Assembly (NCBI GenBank): GCA_016235455.1
Contig: JACRKZ010000036.1
Coordinates: 1 to 16,610 of the forward strand
DNA length: 16,610 nucleotides
From: Armatimonadota bacterium
GTDB taxonomy: Bacteria; Armatimonadota; UBA10988
Reading direction: 5' to 3'
The translations under genes were made by a program, and so were the position numbers. Positions 1 to 7,354 of the stretch are shown piece after piece (the stretch's first letter is position 1; each line of letters opens with the position of its first letter). The notes under the pieces were generated by a model. It ran no database searches. It was not told the DNA's origin and saw only the letters and a list, made by a program, of their open reading frames with translations.

Positions 1-138
1 CCAGCGGGTCAAGGGCGCGGGCATGCGCTGGAGCCGCGAGGGGCTCAACGCGGTGTTGGCCGTGCTGGCCAACGACCTGTCCGACCCCGTCGTGCGTTGG
101 AAGGCGGCCGCGTGAGTCCCGCAGCGTGACTCGCACCC
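1..138 (+). mobile_element. Right end of a Mutator-like DDE insertion sequence (ISKra4/ISLre2-type), truncated by the window edge
   Basis: Transposase C-terminus (2..115) followed by GTCCCGCAGCGTGACTCGCACCC. The terminal ...CGCACCC (132-138) resembles ISKra4-type inverted-repeat ends (GGGTG... on the other strand). The left end is not visible, so the IR and target duplication cannot be confirmed. Confidence 0.7.
2..115 (+). CDS. Transposase C-terminal fragment (ISKra4/ISLre2/UPF0236-like), 5' partial
   Basis: Not in the ORF track. Frame 2 reads QRVKGAGMRWSREGLNAVLAVLANDLSDPVVRWKAAA*, matching the R-x-K-x-x-G-M-R-W-S-x-x-G C-terminal motif of these transposases. Confidence 0.8.
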   Translation, partial: QRVKGAGMRWSREGLNAVLAVLANDLSDPVVRWKAAA

Positions 139-154
139 GGCGATGCGAGTGTCG

Positions 155-183
155 TTGACAGCGCACCGCGCCGCAGGCACAAT
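155..183 (+). promoter_or_regulatory. sigma70-type promoter of the prmC operon (probably leaderless)
   Basis: TTGACA (155-160), 17-bp spacer, CACAAT (178-183). The GTG at 190 begins 7 nt after the -10 and has no SD. Confidence 0.7.
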
Positions 184-189
184 CGCGGT

Positions 190-1074
190 GTGGTGACCAC
201 CAATACAACCTGGGCGCTGGCGCTGGCCGACGCGACGGCCCGGCTGGCCGCCGCCGGCCTCGACGAACCCGAGGTGGATGCCGCGCTTCTGCTGGGCCAT
301 GTGGTGAGCGCCTCGCGCACCATGGTTCGGCTGTTCGCCGACCGCCTGCTCGACCCGGCCCAGGCCACCGCGCTGGAGCGTCTGGTCGCGCGCCGTCTGC
401 GCCGCGAGCCGCTGCCCTACGTGCTCGGCTACCAGGAGTTCATGGGCCTGCGCTTCGCCTGCGACCAGCGCGCCCTGGTGCCGCGCTGGGACACCGAGGC
501 GCTGGCCGAGCGCGCTATCGCCGCCCTGCGCGCAGCCTGTGCGCGGCGGCCCGAGGAGCAGCCGTGCGTCGCCGACATCGGCACCGGGTCAGGCATTCTG
601 GCTGTGACACTCGCCCATGAGGTACCGCGGGCGCGCGTCTGGGCGACCGACCGCTCGGCGCCGGCCCTGGCGTTGGCCGCGGAGAACGCTGCCGCGCTCG
701 GCGTGGCGGCCCGGGTGATCTTCGCCGAGGGCCATCTGGCCGGGCCGCTGCCGCGCGATGTGGCCTTCGCCGGGATCGTCGCCAACCTGCCCTACATCCC
801 GTCGGGCGAGCTATCTGGCCTGCAGCCCGAGGTGCGCGACTGGGAGCCGACGTCGGCGCTCGATGGCGGCGCCGATGGCCTCGACCTGCTGCGCGAGCTG
901 GCCACCGCGGCCCCCGCCTACCTGTCGCCACGCGGCTGGCTCCTGCTCGAGCATGCCGACGACCAGAGCGACGCGGTCCGCGACCTGCTGGCCGAACGCG
1001 GCTACGCCGACCTCGAGGTGGTGCGCGACCTGGCGGGCCGCGACCGCGCCGTGTGGGGAGTGTGGCGGCCATGA
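190..1074 (+). CDS. prmC: Release factor glutamine N5-methyltransferase (HemK/PrmC)
   Basis: RR-x-x-REPLPYVLG-x-QEFMG, ALVPRWDTE, SAM motif DIGTGSG, NLPY (variant of NPPY), ALDGGADGLD, RDLAGRDR. The start could be GTG 190 or 193. Confidence 0.95.
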   Translation: MVTTNTTWALALADATARLAAAGLDEPEVDAALLLGHVVSASRTMVRLFADRLLDPAQATALERLVARRLRREPLPYVLGYQEFMGLRFACDQRALVPRWDTEALAERAIAALRAACARRPEEQPCVADIGTGSGILAVTLAHEVPRARVWATDRSAPALALAAENAAALGVAARVIFAEGHLAGPLPRDVAFAGIVANLPYIPSGELSGLQPEVRDWEPTSALDGGADGLDLLRELATAAPAYLSPRGWLLLEHADDQSDAVRDLLAERGYADLEVVRDLAGRDRAVWGVWRP

Positions 1075-1691
1075 GCGTACGTGTGCTGAGCTTCGCCGCC
1101 GGCATGGACGACGCGGCGTCGATCCTGGCCGAGGGCGGTCTCCTGCTCTTCCCCACCGAGACGGTCTACGGGATCGGCGCTCGCTGGGACCGCGCCGATG
1201 CCGTGTCGGCCGTCTACCTGGCCAAGGGCCGGCCGGCCGACAAGCCGCTCCAGGTGCTGGTCGGCAGCGCCGCCGCCGCACGCTTCATGGCCGCGGCCCA
1301 GGCCCCCGCCTTCGAGCGGCTGGCCAGCGCCTTCTGGCCTGGCGCGCTGACCATCGTGGTGCCGGCGGCGCCGGGCCTGCCGCGCGAGGTGCTGGCGGCC
1401 GACGGCACGGTGGGCCTGCGCTGCCCGAACCACGCTGGGCTGCGGGCGCTGCTGCAGGTGTCCGGCCCGCTGGCCGCGTCGAGCGCCAACCGCAGCACCG
1501 AGCCGCCGGCCACCAACTGCGCCGACGCCGTGGCGGCGCTGGGCGACTACGCCCAACTGGCGCTGGATAGCGGCCCGTGCGTCGGTGGCGTGCCGTCGAC
1601 CGTGGTGCGCCTGGTGGGCGACGAGCTGACCGTCCTGCGCGCGGGCGCGCTAGACGAGGCTCGGCTACGCGAGGTCGCCGACCATGGTTGA
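1071..1691 (+). CDS. tsaC: L-threonylcarbamoyladenylate synthase (YrdC/TsaC type, no Sua5 C-terminal domain), 206 aa
   Basis: FPTETVYGIG, KGRPADKPL, FWPGALTIV, SSANRS, STVV. ATG 1071 overlaps the prmC stop (ATGA); GGGGAG lies upstream. Confidence 0.93.
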   Translation: MSVRVLSFAAGMDDAASILAEGGLLLFPTETVYGIGARWDRADAVSAVYLAKGRPADKPLQVLVGSAAAARFMAAAQAPAFERLASAFWPGALTIVVPAAPGLPREVLAADGTVGLRCPNHAGLRALLQVSGPLAASSANRSTEPPATNCADAVAALGDYAQLALDSGPCVGGVPSTVVRLVGDELTVLRAGALDEARLREVADHG

Positions 1692-2679
1692 GCGCGGCCC
1701 GCGGCACCTGCCGCGCTGGGATCAGGCCGCCGCGGTGGCAATACTCCTGCTGGGCGCGGGTCTGGTGGGTCTGAGGCCGGGTCTGGCCGGTCAGATGACC
1801 CGAGCGCTCTTTGCCTCAGCCACACTGCGCCAGGCCGACCGCCTGGCGCCGACGCAGCCCCTGGCCGCCGCATCGCGCTGGGAGCGACTGAAGGCTACGC
1901 GGCCAGACGATCCTGCCTACCAGGCCCTGGTCTGGTCGAGTCTGCTGGATCTCTATGCCGCCGGCAACGATGCCGCCCATATGGAACAGACCATGGCCGG
2001 CGCGATCAGTCAGCCGGCCTACTTCGATGCGCAGCCACGGCTGATGCTGGCCATCGGCGTGCGCCACTTGAGCGCCGGCCGGCCGCAGGACGCCGCGCTC
2101 CCGCTCAGTCGTGGTGTGTTGCGTTCGCCGCGCCTGGATAGTGTCGGCATCCGGCTACGCGCGGCGCTGGCACTGGCCTACGAGCGCACCGGCTCGTTCG
2201 ACGCGACGGAGCACCTGTTGTCGGGCCTGGTGGAGGAGTGCCCCGGCGAGCACTGGCTGGCGGTGGAGCTGGCGCGCCATTGGGCTGACCGTGGACAGCA
2301 GTTGCCGCGCGCGCGGGCATTGGCCACACGCGCGCTCCGGCAGTTGCGGCGCGAGGGCTTGTGGCAGGTGGGCCAAGGCGCCAAACGCGAGGATCTGGCC
2401 ACCTACCTGGATACGCTCGGCTGGGTGCTGTTCCGTTCAGGCCAGCGCGACGAGGCCCAGCCGCTGCTGGAACGGGCACTGAACCTGGCGTCCACGCCGC
2501 AGGCACAACACCCGTTGAACCTGTACCACCTGGGCGAGTTGTACTTCGACCGCGGGCTGGACAGCGACGCCTTGCGCTGCGCCAACCGCGCCGTGGCGCT
2601 CGACCCGACGCTGACCGTGGCCAAACTGCTGCGCGACCGCATCGTGGATGCCGCCACCCGTGGCAAGGAGCCGACCTAG
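1684..2679 (+). CDS. Membrane-anchored tetratricopeptide repeat protein
   Basis: N-terminal hydrophobic segment (AAAVAILLLGAGLVGL) and TPR motifs YLDTLGWVLFRSGQRDEAQPLLERAL and YHLGELYFDRG...ANRAVALDP. Overlaps tsaC by 8 nt. Confidence 0.85.
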   Translation: MVERGPRHLPRWDQAAAVAILLLGAGLVGLRPGLAGQMTRALFASATLRQADRLAPTQPLAAASRWERLKATRPDDPAYQALVWSSLLDLYAAGNDAAHMEQTMAGAISQPAYFDAQPRLMLAIGVRHLSAGRPQDAALPLSRGVLRSPRLDSVGIRLRAALALAYERTGSFDATEHLLSGLVEECPGEHWLAVELARHWADRGQQLPRARALATRALRQLRREGLWQVGQGAKREDLATYLDTLGWVLFRSGQRDEAQPLLERALNLASTPQAQHPLNLYHLGELYFDRGLDSDALRCANRAVALDPTLTVAKLLRDRIVDAATRGKEPT

Positions 2680-3020
2680 AACATGGTGGCGATGTCGGGC
2701 TCGCCGACCGAGCGCAGCGTGACCACGTCCGCCGCCTCGGTCACGCGCACCATACCGGCGAACAGGATCTCGCCGCGCGCCTTGAGCAGCGGGTCGTTGA
2801 TGCGGTAGATGGCGTAGAGCTCCTGGCCGAGCGGCTCCTCGTCTTCGTTCTCGAAGGCCAACTCGTAGCCGGTGAGCTCGCGATGTCCTTGTGCCTCGGT
2901 CCACACCCGCCGCAGCACCGTCCCGTCAAACCCCATGGCCAGGCTGGCCGGATCCTGTGCGTCCGTGCCCAGCTCCACCAGCCCACCAGCGTGTACGTCC
3001 TCACGAATCTGCTCAGCCAT
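2676..3020 (-). CDS. Hypothetical acidic protein, 114 aa
   Basis: GC3-biased codons, GGAG-type SD upstream (AGGAGCGGAG), fills the gap between the TPR gene and HU. Its stop overlaps the TPR stop in CTAG. Confidence 0.7.
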   Translation of the reverse strand: MAEQIREDVHAGGLVELGTDAQDPASLAMGFDGTVLRRVWTEAQGHRELTGYELAFENEDEEPLGQELYAIYRINDPLLKARGEILFAGMVRVTEAADVVTLRSVGEPDIATMF

Positions 3021-3112
3021 CAGGCGAAGCTCCGCTCCTACAGCAGATACGACAGACGCCCGCCCTGGCCCGATCGATCCACCCAGGGGCCAACGGACGG
3101 CACAAAACCGGC

Positions 3113-3145
3113 GTGGCCGGCCTCTAGGACGTAGAGGCCGGCCAC
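3113..3145 (-). terminator. Intrinsic terminator-like hairpin downstream of HU
   Basis: Perfect 14-bp stem GTGGCCGGCCTCTA / TAGAGGCCGGCCAC with a 5-nt loop; followed on the minus strand by GCCGGTTTTGTG. Confidence 0.65.
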
Positions 3146-3232
3146 TAGATCATGACTGCCGCGCCCGAGCTGTGCTCAAGGCGGCACCGCGTGAGTACAG
3201 CACCCCTCACCCGACGGAGTGAGATGCTGAGG

Positions 3233-3517
3233 TCACTCGACGGCGTCCTTCAGCTCTTTGCCGGGCTTGAAGGCGGGAGACTTGCCCCCGGGGATCTCCA
3301 TCTTGGCCTTGGTCTGCGGGTTGACACCGCTGCGGGCCTTGCGCTCGCGCACTTCGAACGTGCCAAAGCCGATGAGCCGAACTTTCTTGTCGGCCTTCAG
3401 GCTCGCGGTGATCTCATCGAGCAATGCATCGATGACATCGCTGACCTTGCCCTGGGACAGATCGACCTTCTTGGCAACGGCGCCGACCAGGTCCTTCTTG
3501 CTGACGCTATCCGCCAC
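3233..3517 (-). CDS. hup: Histone-like DNA-binding protein HU
   Basis: SKKDLVGAVA...VRLIGFGTFEVRERKARSGVNPQT...PAFKPGKELKDAV. AGGAGG SD lies 7 nt before the GTG. Confidence 0.96.
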   Translation of the reverse strand: MADSVSKKDLVGAVAKKVDLSQGKVSDVIDALLDEITASLKADKKVRLIGFGTFEVRERKARSGVNPQTKAKMEIPGGKSPAFKPGKELKDAVE

Positions 3518-3583
3518 GTGCGCACCTCCTCAGCACCGCTCGCAGCCGATGTTTTGGAGCTACCGGCTACGCGGGCCGCGGCG

Positions 3584-3612
3584 AATATAGCATCCTGGGA
3601 TCCCGCTGTCAA
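3584..3612 (-). promoter_or_regulatory. sigma70 promoter of HU
   Basis: Minus strand: TTGACA (3612-3607), 17-bp spacer ending in TGC (extended -10), TATATT (3589-3584). Confidence 0.8.
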
Positions 3613-3706
3613 GCGCGCCAGAATCGGATCTTTGGGCCCTTGGGGCGGCAAACTGGGCCTTGCCGCGAGTCGAGCGTTGAGGCACCCTTGGCGCTGTGAG
3701 GTGAAC

Positions 3707-4846
3707 ATGCTCGGCAAGTGCCTGTCGCGACCGTGGTTCTGGCTGCTCCTGCTGGTCGGTCTGGTCTGTTTGGGCCTCGCCGCGGCCGATCTGGTGGTCG
3801 GCGACGCGAGTCGAGCCTTCTACCTGCTGCGGGCCGGACTGGGCACCTGGCTGGTCATGCCCCTCTACCTGCTGGCACTGCGTCTGGCCCGACCCTGGCC
3901 GCGTCGGCTGTCCGATCGGTTGCGCGGCCGGCTTGGACTCGATGAGGCTGCCGCGGCGCCCGGCGTCGGCTGGTTGTGGTTCGCCACCCACACCGCCCTG
4001 GCCGGCGCGGCGCTGTTCGGCCTGCTGGCCTGCTGGACGCCCCGCGGGCATGCCGTGGACTGGTTGGCGGCCTGGAACCGCGGACTGCCCGTCGGCGCCT
4101 GGCAGTTCACCCCGGCGGCGGTGTTCGGCGCCCTGATCGCGCTCGGCGTGCTCCAGGCCAGTACCGAGTTGCTGGTGGCTTCGCTGTCGCGGCGCCTGGG
4201 CCGGCGTGCCGACCTCGACGTGGGCGCGCGCGAGACGGCGCTGACCATCGTCACCCATGCCGGCCGGCTCATCGCCATCCTGGCCATGCTGCACGTCCTG
4301 TTCGGCGGGTTCCCCCAGCTCACCATTCTGGCCGGCGCGCTCACCGTTGGCATCGGCTTCGGCCTGCAGAATCTGGTCAACAACTTCGTGGCCGGGCTGA
4401 TCGTGCTGTTCGAGCGGCCGGTGCGCGTCGGCGACTGGGCCAAGGTCGGCGCCACCGAGGGCCGCGTGCGGGCCATCACCGTGCGCCACACCGAGTTGGA
4501 GACCGCCGCCGGCGCGCAGGTCTTCGTGCCCAACAGCGAGTTCATCACGCAGCATGTGGTCAACGAGACGCGCTACGACCCACGCGGCCGGCTGGAAGTG
4601 GTGGTCAAGGTCACGCGCGAGGCCGACCCGGTTTTCGTGCGGCAGACGCTGCTCGACATCGCCGCGGCCCACGCCGAGGTCGTGCATGATGCTGAGCCGC
4701 CGCCGACCGTGCTGCTGCGCGGGCTCGAGGGCGGCTGCGAGTTCGTGCTGTGGTGTGTGTTGACCGATGCCAGTCGCCGCCCGCAGGTGCGCAGCGACCT
4801 GCTGTTCGCCATCCATCGGGCGCTGGTCGACCACGGACTGAGCTAG
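3707..4846 (+). CDS. Small-conductance mechanosensitive channel (MscS family, extra N-terminal TM helices), 379 aa
   Basis: AGALTVGIGFGLQNLVNNFVAGLIVLFERPVRVGDW, EGRVRAITVRHT, VFVPNS. ATG 3707 follows GAGGTG; the upstream part of the 3152 ORF is antisense to HU. Confidence 0.9.
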   Translation: MLGKCLSRPWFWLLLLVGLVCLGLAAADLVVGDASRAFYLLRAGLGTWLVMPLYLLALRLARPWPRRLSDRLRGRLGLDEAAAAPGVGWLWFATHTALAGAALFGLLACWTPRGHAVDWLAAWNRGLPVGAWQFTPAAVFGALIALGVLQASTELLVASLSRRLGRRADLDVGARETALTIVTHAGRLIAILAMLHVLFGGFPQLTILAGALTVGIGFGLQNLVNNFVAGLIVLFERPVRVGDWAKVGATEGRVRAITVRHTELETAAGAQVFVPNSEFITQHVVNETRYDPRGRLEVVVKVTREADPVFVRQTLLDIAAAHAEVVHDAEPPPTVLLRGLEGGCEFVLWCVLTDASRRPQVRSDLLFAIHRALVDHGLS

Positions 4847-4849
4847 GCC

Positions 4850-5716
4850 ATGGTCTCCATCTGCATCGTCAACTGGAATACCCGGGAGCTGCTGGCGGCC
4901 TGCCTGCGCTCGCTGCAGGCTCACCCGCCCGCGGAGCCGCACGAGGTGCTGGTGGCCGACAACGCCAGCGCCGACGGGTCGGCGGACATGGTGGCCGAGA
5001 CGTTCCCCTGGGCGCGACTGGTGCGCACGGGCGCCAACCTGGGGTTTGCCGAGGGCAACAACGTCCTGCTGCGCCAGGCGCGTGGCGAGTGGCTGCTGCT
5101 GCTCAATCCCGACACCGAGGTACGGCCCGAGCTCGACCAGCGACCCGTGGACGCCCTGATCGAGCATCTGCGCGCTCATCCCCGGTGCGGCGCGGTCTCG
5201 GCCCGTCTGGTGCAGCCTGACGGCCGCACGCAGCGCAGTTGCCGAGGCTTCCCCACGCCCTGGGCACTGACCGCTGAGTGGACCGGGCTGGCACGCCTGT
5301 GGCCCAGAGTCTGCGGCGCCTACCGCATGCGCTGGTTCGACCACGAGACGCTGGCCAGCGTCGACCAGCCCATGGCCTCCTGCCTGTTGCTGCGGCGCGC
5401 GGCGTTACAGCGCGTGGGGCTGTTCGATCCGCGCTTCCCCATCTTCTTCAACGACGTCGACCTCAGCCTGCGCCTCAAGCAAGACGGCTGGCGGCTGGAC
5501 TACCTGCCCAGCGCCTCGATCCTGCACCTCGGCGGCGGCACAACGCGCCTGGTGCGGCCGGCGATGGTGCGCGCCAGCCGAGATTCTCTGCTGGCTTTCT
5601 ACGCCAAGCACTACCCCGGTCGGGCGGGCTATCTACCCGTGGTATGGGCCATCCGAACGGCGTTCGGTGTCCGAATAGCGTTCGGCGCGCTGCGTCAGCA
5701 CCTGCGCGCGTGCTAG
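4850..5716 (+). CDS. GT2 family glycosyltransferase (WbbL/WfgS-like)
   Basis: SICIVNWNT, DNASADGS, NLGFAEGNN, LLLNPD, GLFDPRFPIFFNDVDLSLR, ILHLGG. Confidence 0.92.
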   Translation: MVSICIVNWNTRELLAACLRSLQAHPPAEPHEVLVADNASADGSADMVAETFPWARLVRTGANLGFAEGNNVLLRQARGEWLLLLNPDTEVRPELDQRPVDALIEHLRAHPRCGAVSARLVQPDGRTQRSCRGFPTPWALTAEWTGLARLWPRVCGAYRMRWFDHETLASVDQPMASCLLLRRAALQRVGLFDPRFPIFFNDVDLSLRLKQDGWRLDYLPSASILHLGGGTTRLVRPAMVRASRDSLLAFYAKHYPGRAGYLPVVWAIRTAFGVRIAFGALRQHLRAC

Positions 5717-5726
5717 ACTGATCCGC

Positions 5727-6152
5727 ATGAGCACTGAGCGATTTGGCGTTTCCATGGATGGTGAACTGCTGGAGCAGTTCGACAGCCTGATCGCGCGCAA
5801 GGGTTACCCGAACCGCTCGGAAGCCCTGCGCGATCTGGTGCGGCGGGCGTTGGTGGCCGATGCCTGGGGCGATGAGCAGGCCAACGTATTGGGCGCCGTG
5901 AGCATTGTCTACGACCATCACCAGCGCGAGTTGGTGACCAGCCTGCTCGAGTTGCAGCATGACTGCGTGGCCGACATCGTCTGCACCACGCACGTGCATC
6001 TGGACCACCACCACTGCCTCGAGTTGCTCCTGGTCCGCGGCCACGCGGGCGATGTGCGGAGCCTGGCCGACCAGTTGTGCGGGCTCAAAGGCGTCAAGCA
6101 CGGCGAGTTGATGATGACCGCGGTGGCCGATACGCCGCACCACCACGACTGA
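5727..6152 (+). CDS. nikR: Nickel-responsive transcriptional regulator NikR
   Basis: Ribbon-helix-helix RFGVSMDGELLEQFD...GYPNRSEALRDLVR, YDHH, and Ni ligands in LQHD and HVHLDHHHCLE. Confidence 0.95.
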   Translation: MSTERFGVSMDGELLEQFDSLIARKGYPNRSEALRDLVRRALVADAWGDEQANVLGAVSIVYDHHQRELVTSLLELQHDCVADIVCTTHVHLDHHHCLELLLVRGHAGDVRSLADQLCGLKGVKHGELMMTAVADTPHHHD

Positions 6153-6215
6153 GCAGTCAACCAGCGCGTTGGCCGCCACAACCGGCTCGCGAGCGGCGGG
6201 CGCGCGCGCCTGCGC

Positions 6216-6221
6216 TATAAT
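6216..6221 (+). promoter_or_regulatory. -10 element of the leuB promoter
   Basis: Perfect TATAAT in a very GC-rich intergenic region, 36 nt before the leuB ATG. No consensus -35. Confidence 0.55.
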
Positions 6222-6257
6222 CTGGCTTCATTGCGATCAAAGAGAGGTACCCGCAGC

Positions 6258-7343
6258 ATGGCTAAGACCTACAACCTCGCCGTCCTACCCGGCGACGGCA
6301 CCGGCCCCGAAGTCACCGCCGAGGCGGTCAAGGTGCTCAAGCACGCCGCCGACCTGGCGGGGTTCAAGCTCGAGTTCACCGAGTTCGACTTCGGTGGCGA
6401 CCGCTACCTGCGCACGGGCGAGGTGTTGCCTCCCAACGCCGCCGACGAACTGCGCGCCTTCGACGCCATCCTGCTGGGCGCCATCGGCCATCCGGGCGTG
6501 GCCCCGGGCATCCTCGAGAAGGGCATTCTGCTCAAGCTGCGCTTCGACCTGGACCAGTACATCAACCTGCGTCCCGTGCGTCTCTACCCCGGTGTCGAGA
6601 CGCCCATCAAGGACAAGGGCCCAGCCGACATCGACTACGTGGTCGTGCGCGAGAACACCGGCGACGTCTACACGGGCTCGGGCGGCACGTCCATGAAGGG
6701 CACCCCGCACGAGGTGGCCATCCAGGAGATGATCTACACCCGGTTCCAGGTCGACCGCTGCCTCAAGTACGCCTTCGAGTACGCCGAGAAGCACGGCAAG
6801 AAGGCCCGCGGCCTGAGCGATGTCAACACCCTCGGCCTGGTCGGCAAGACCAACGTGCTGACCTTCGTGTTCGACCTGTGGGAGCGCGCCTTCCATGAGA
6901 TGGGCGCCGCCGAGTACGCCGATATCAAGCGCGACTACTACCACGTCGACGCCACCTGCATGTGGATGGTCAAGAATCCCGAGTGGTTCGACGTCCTGGT
7001 CACGGGCAACATGTTTGGCGACATCATCACCGACCTGGGCGCCATGACCCAAGGCGGCATGGGCATCGCCGCCGGCGGCAACATCAACCCCGAGGGCGTG
7101 AGCATGTTCGAGCCCATCGGCGGCTCGGCACCCAAGTACACTGGCCAGGGCGTGATCAACCCGCTGGCGGCCATCTGCGCCGGCTCGATGCTGCTGGAGA
7201 CCCTCGGCGAGGACGCCTCGGCCAAGCGCATCGAGGACGCGGTGAAGGTGGCCACGGCCAGCCACATCAAGAGCCTGGCCGCCGGACGCATGGGCTACTC
7301 GACCAGTGGGGTGGGCGACCTGGTGTGTGAGCTGATGAGCTGA
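6258..7343 (+). CDS. leuB: 3-isopropylmalate dehydrogenase, 361 aa
   Basis: AVLPGDGTGPEV, LRFDLDQYINLRP, VVRENT, GKTNVL, HVDA, NMFGDIITDLG, FEPIGGSAP. ATG 6258 follows AGAGAGG. Confidence 0.92.
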   Translation: MAKTYNLAVLPGDGTGPEVTAEAVKVLKHAADLAGFKLEFTEFDFGGDRYLRTGEVLPPNAADELRAFDAILLGAIGHPGVAPGILEKGILLKLRFDLDQYINLRPVRLYPGVETPIKDKGPADIDYVVVRENTGDVYTGSGGTSMKGTPHEVAIQEMIYTRFQVDRCLKYAFEYAEKHGKKARGLSDVNTLGLVGKTNVLTFVFDLWERAFHEMGAAEYADIKRDYYHVDATCMWMVKNPEWFDVLVTGNMFGDIITDLGAMTQGGMGIAAGGNINPEGVSMFEPIGGSAPKYTGQGVINPLAAICAGSMLLETLGEDASAKRIEDAVKVATASHIKSLAAGRMGYSTSGVGDLVCELMS

Positions 7344-7354
7344 GGCAGCGGCCG

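Noticed and set aside
3152-3706. 185-aa N-terminal extension of the MscS ORF (564-aa call)
   Set aside because: It is the antisense of HU and its promoter; ATG 3707 has its own SD.
3560-5344. 594-aa minus-strand ORF
   Set aside because: Antisense shadow of mscS/GT2, typical of high-GC codon bias; no motifs.
6153-6257. Leucine attenuator/T-box or NikR operator upstream of leuB; GGCGCGCGCGCC palindrome at 6199-6210
   Set aside because: No Leu-rich leader peptide or T-box, the predicted leader is only about 30 nt, there is no AT-rich NikR-like dyad, and a pure GC palindrome is unremarkable in this genome.
6285-7265. 326-aa minus-strand ORF
   Set aside because: Antisense shadow of leuB.
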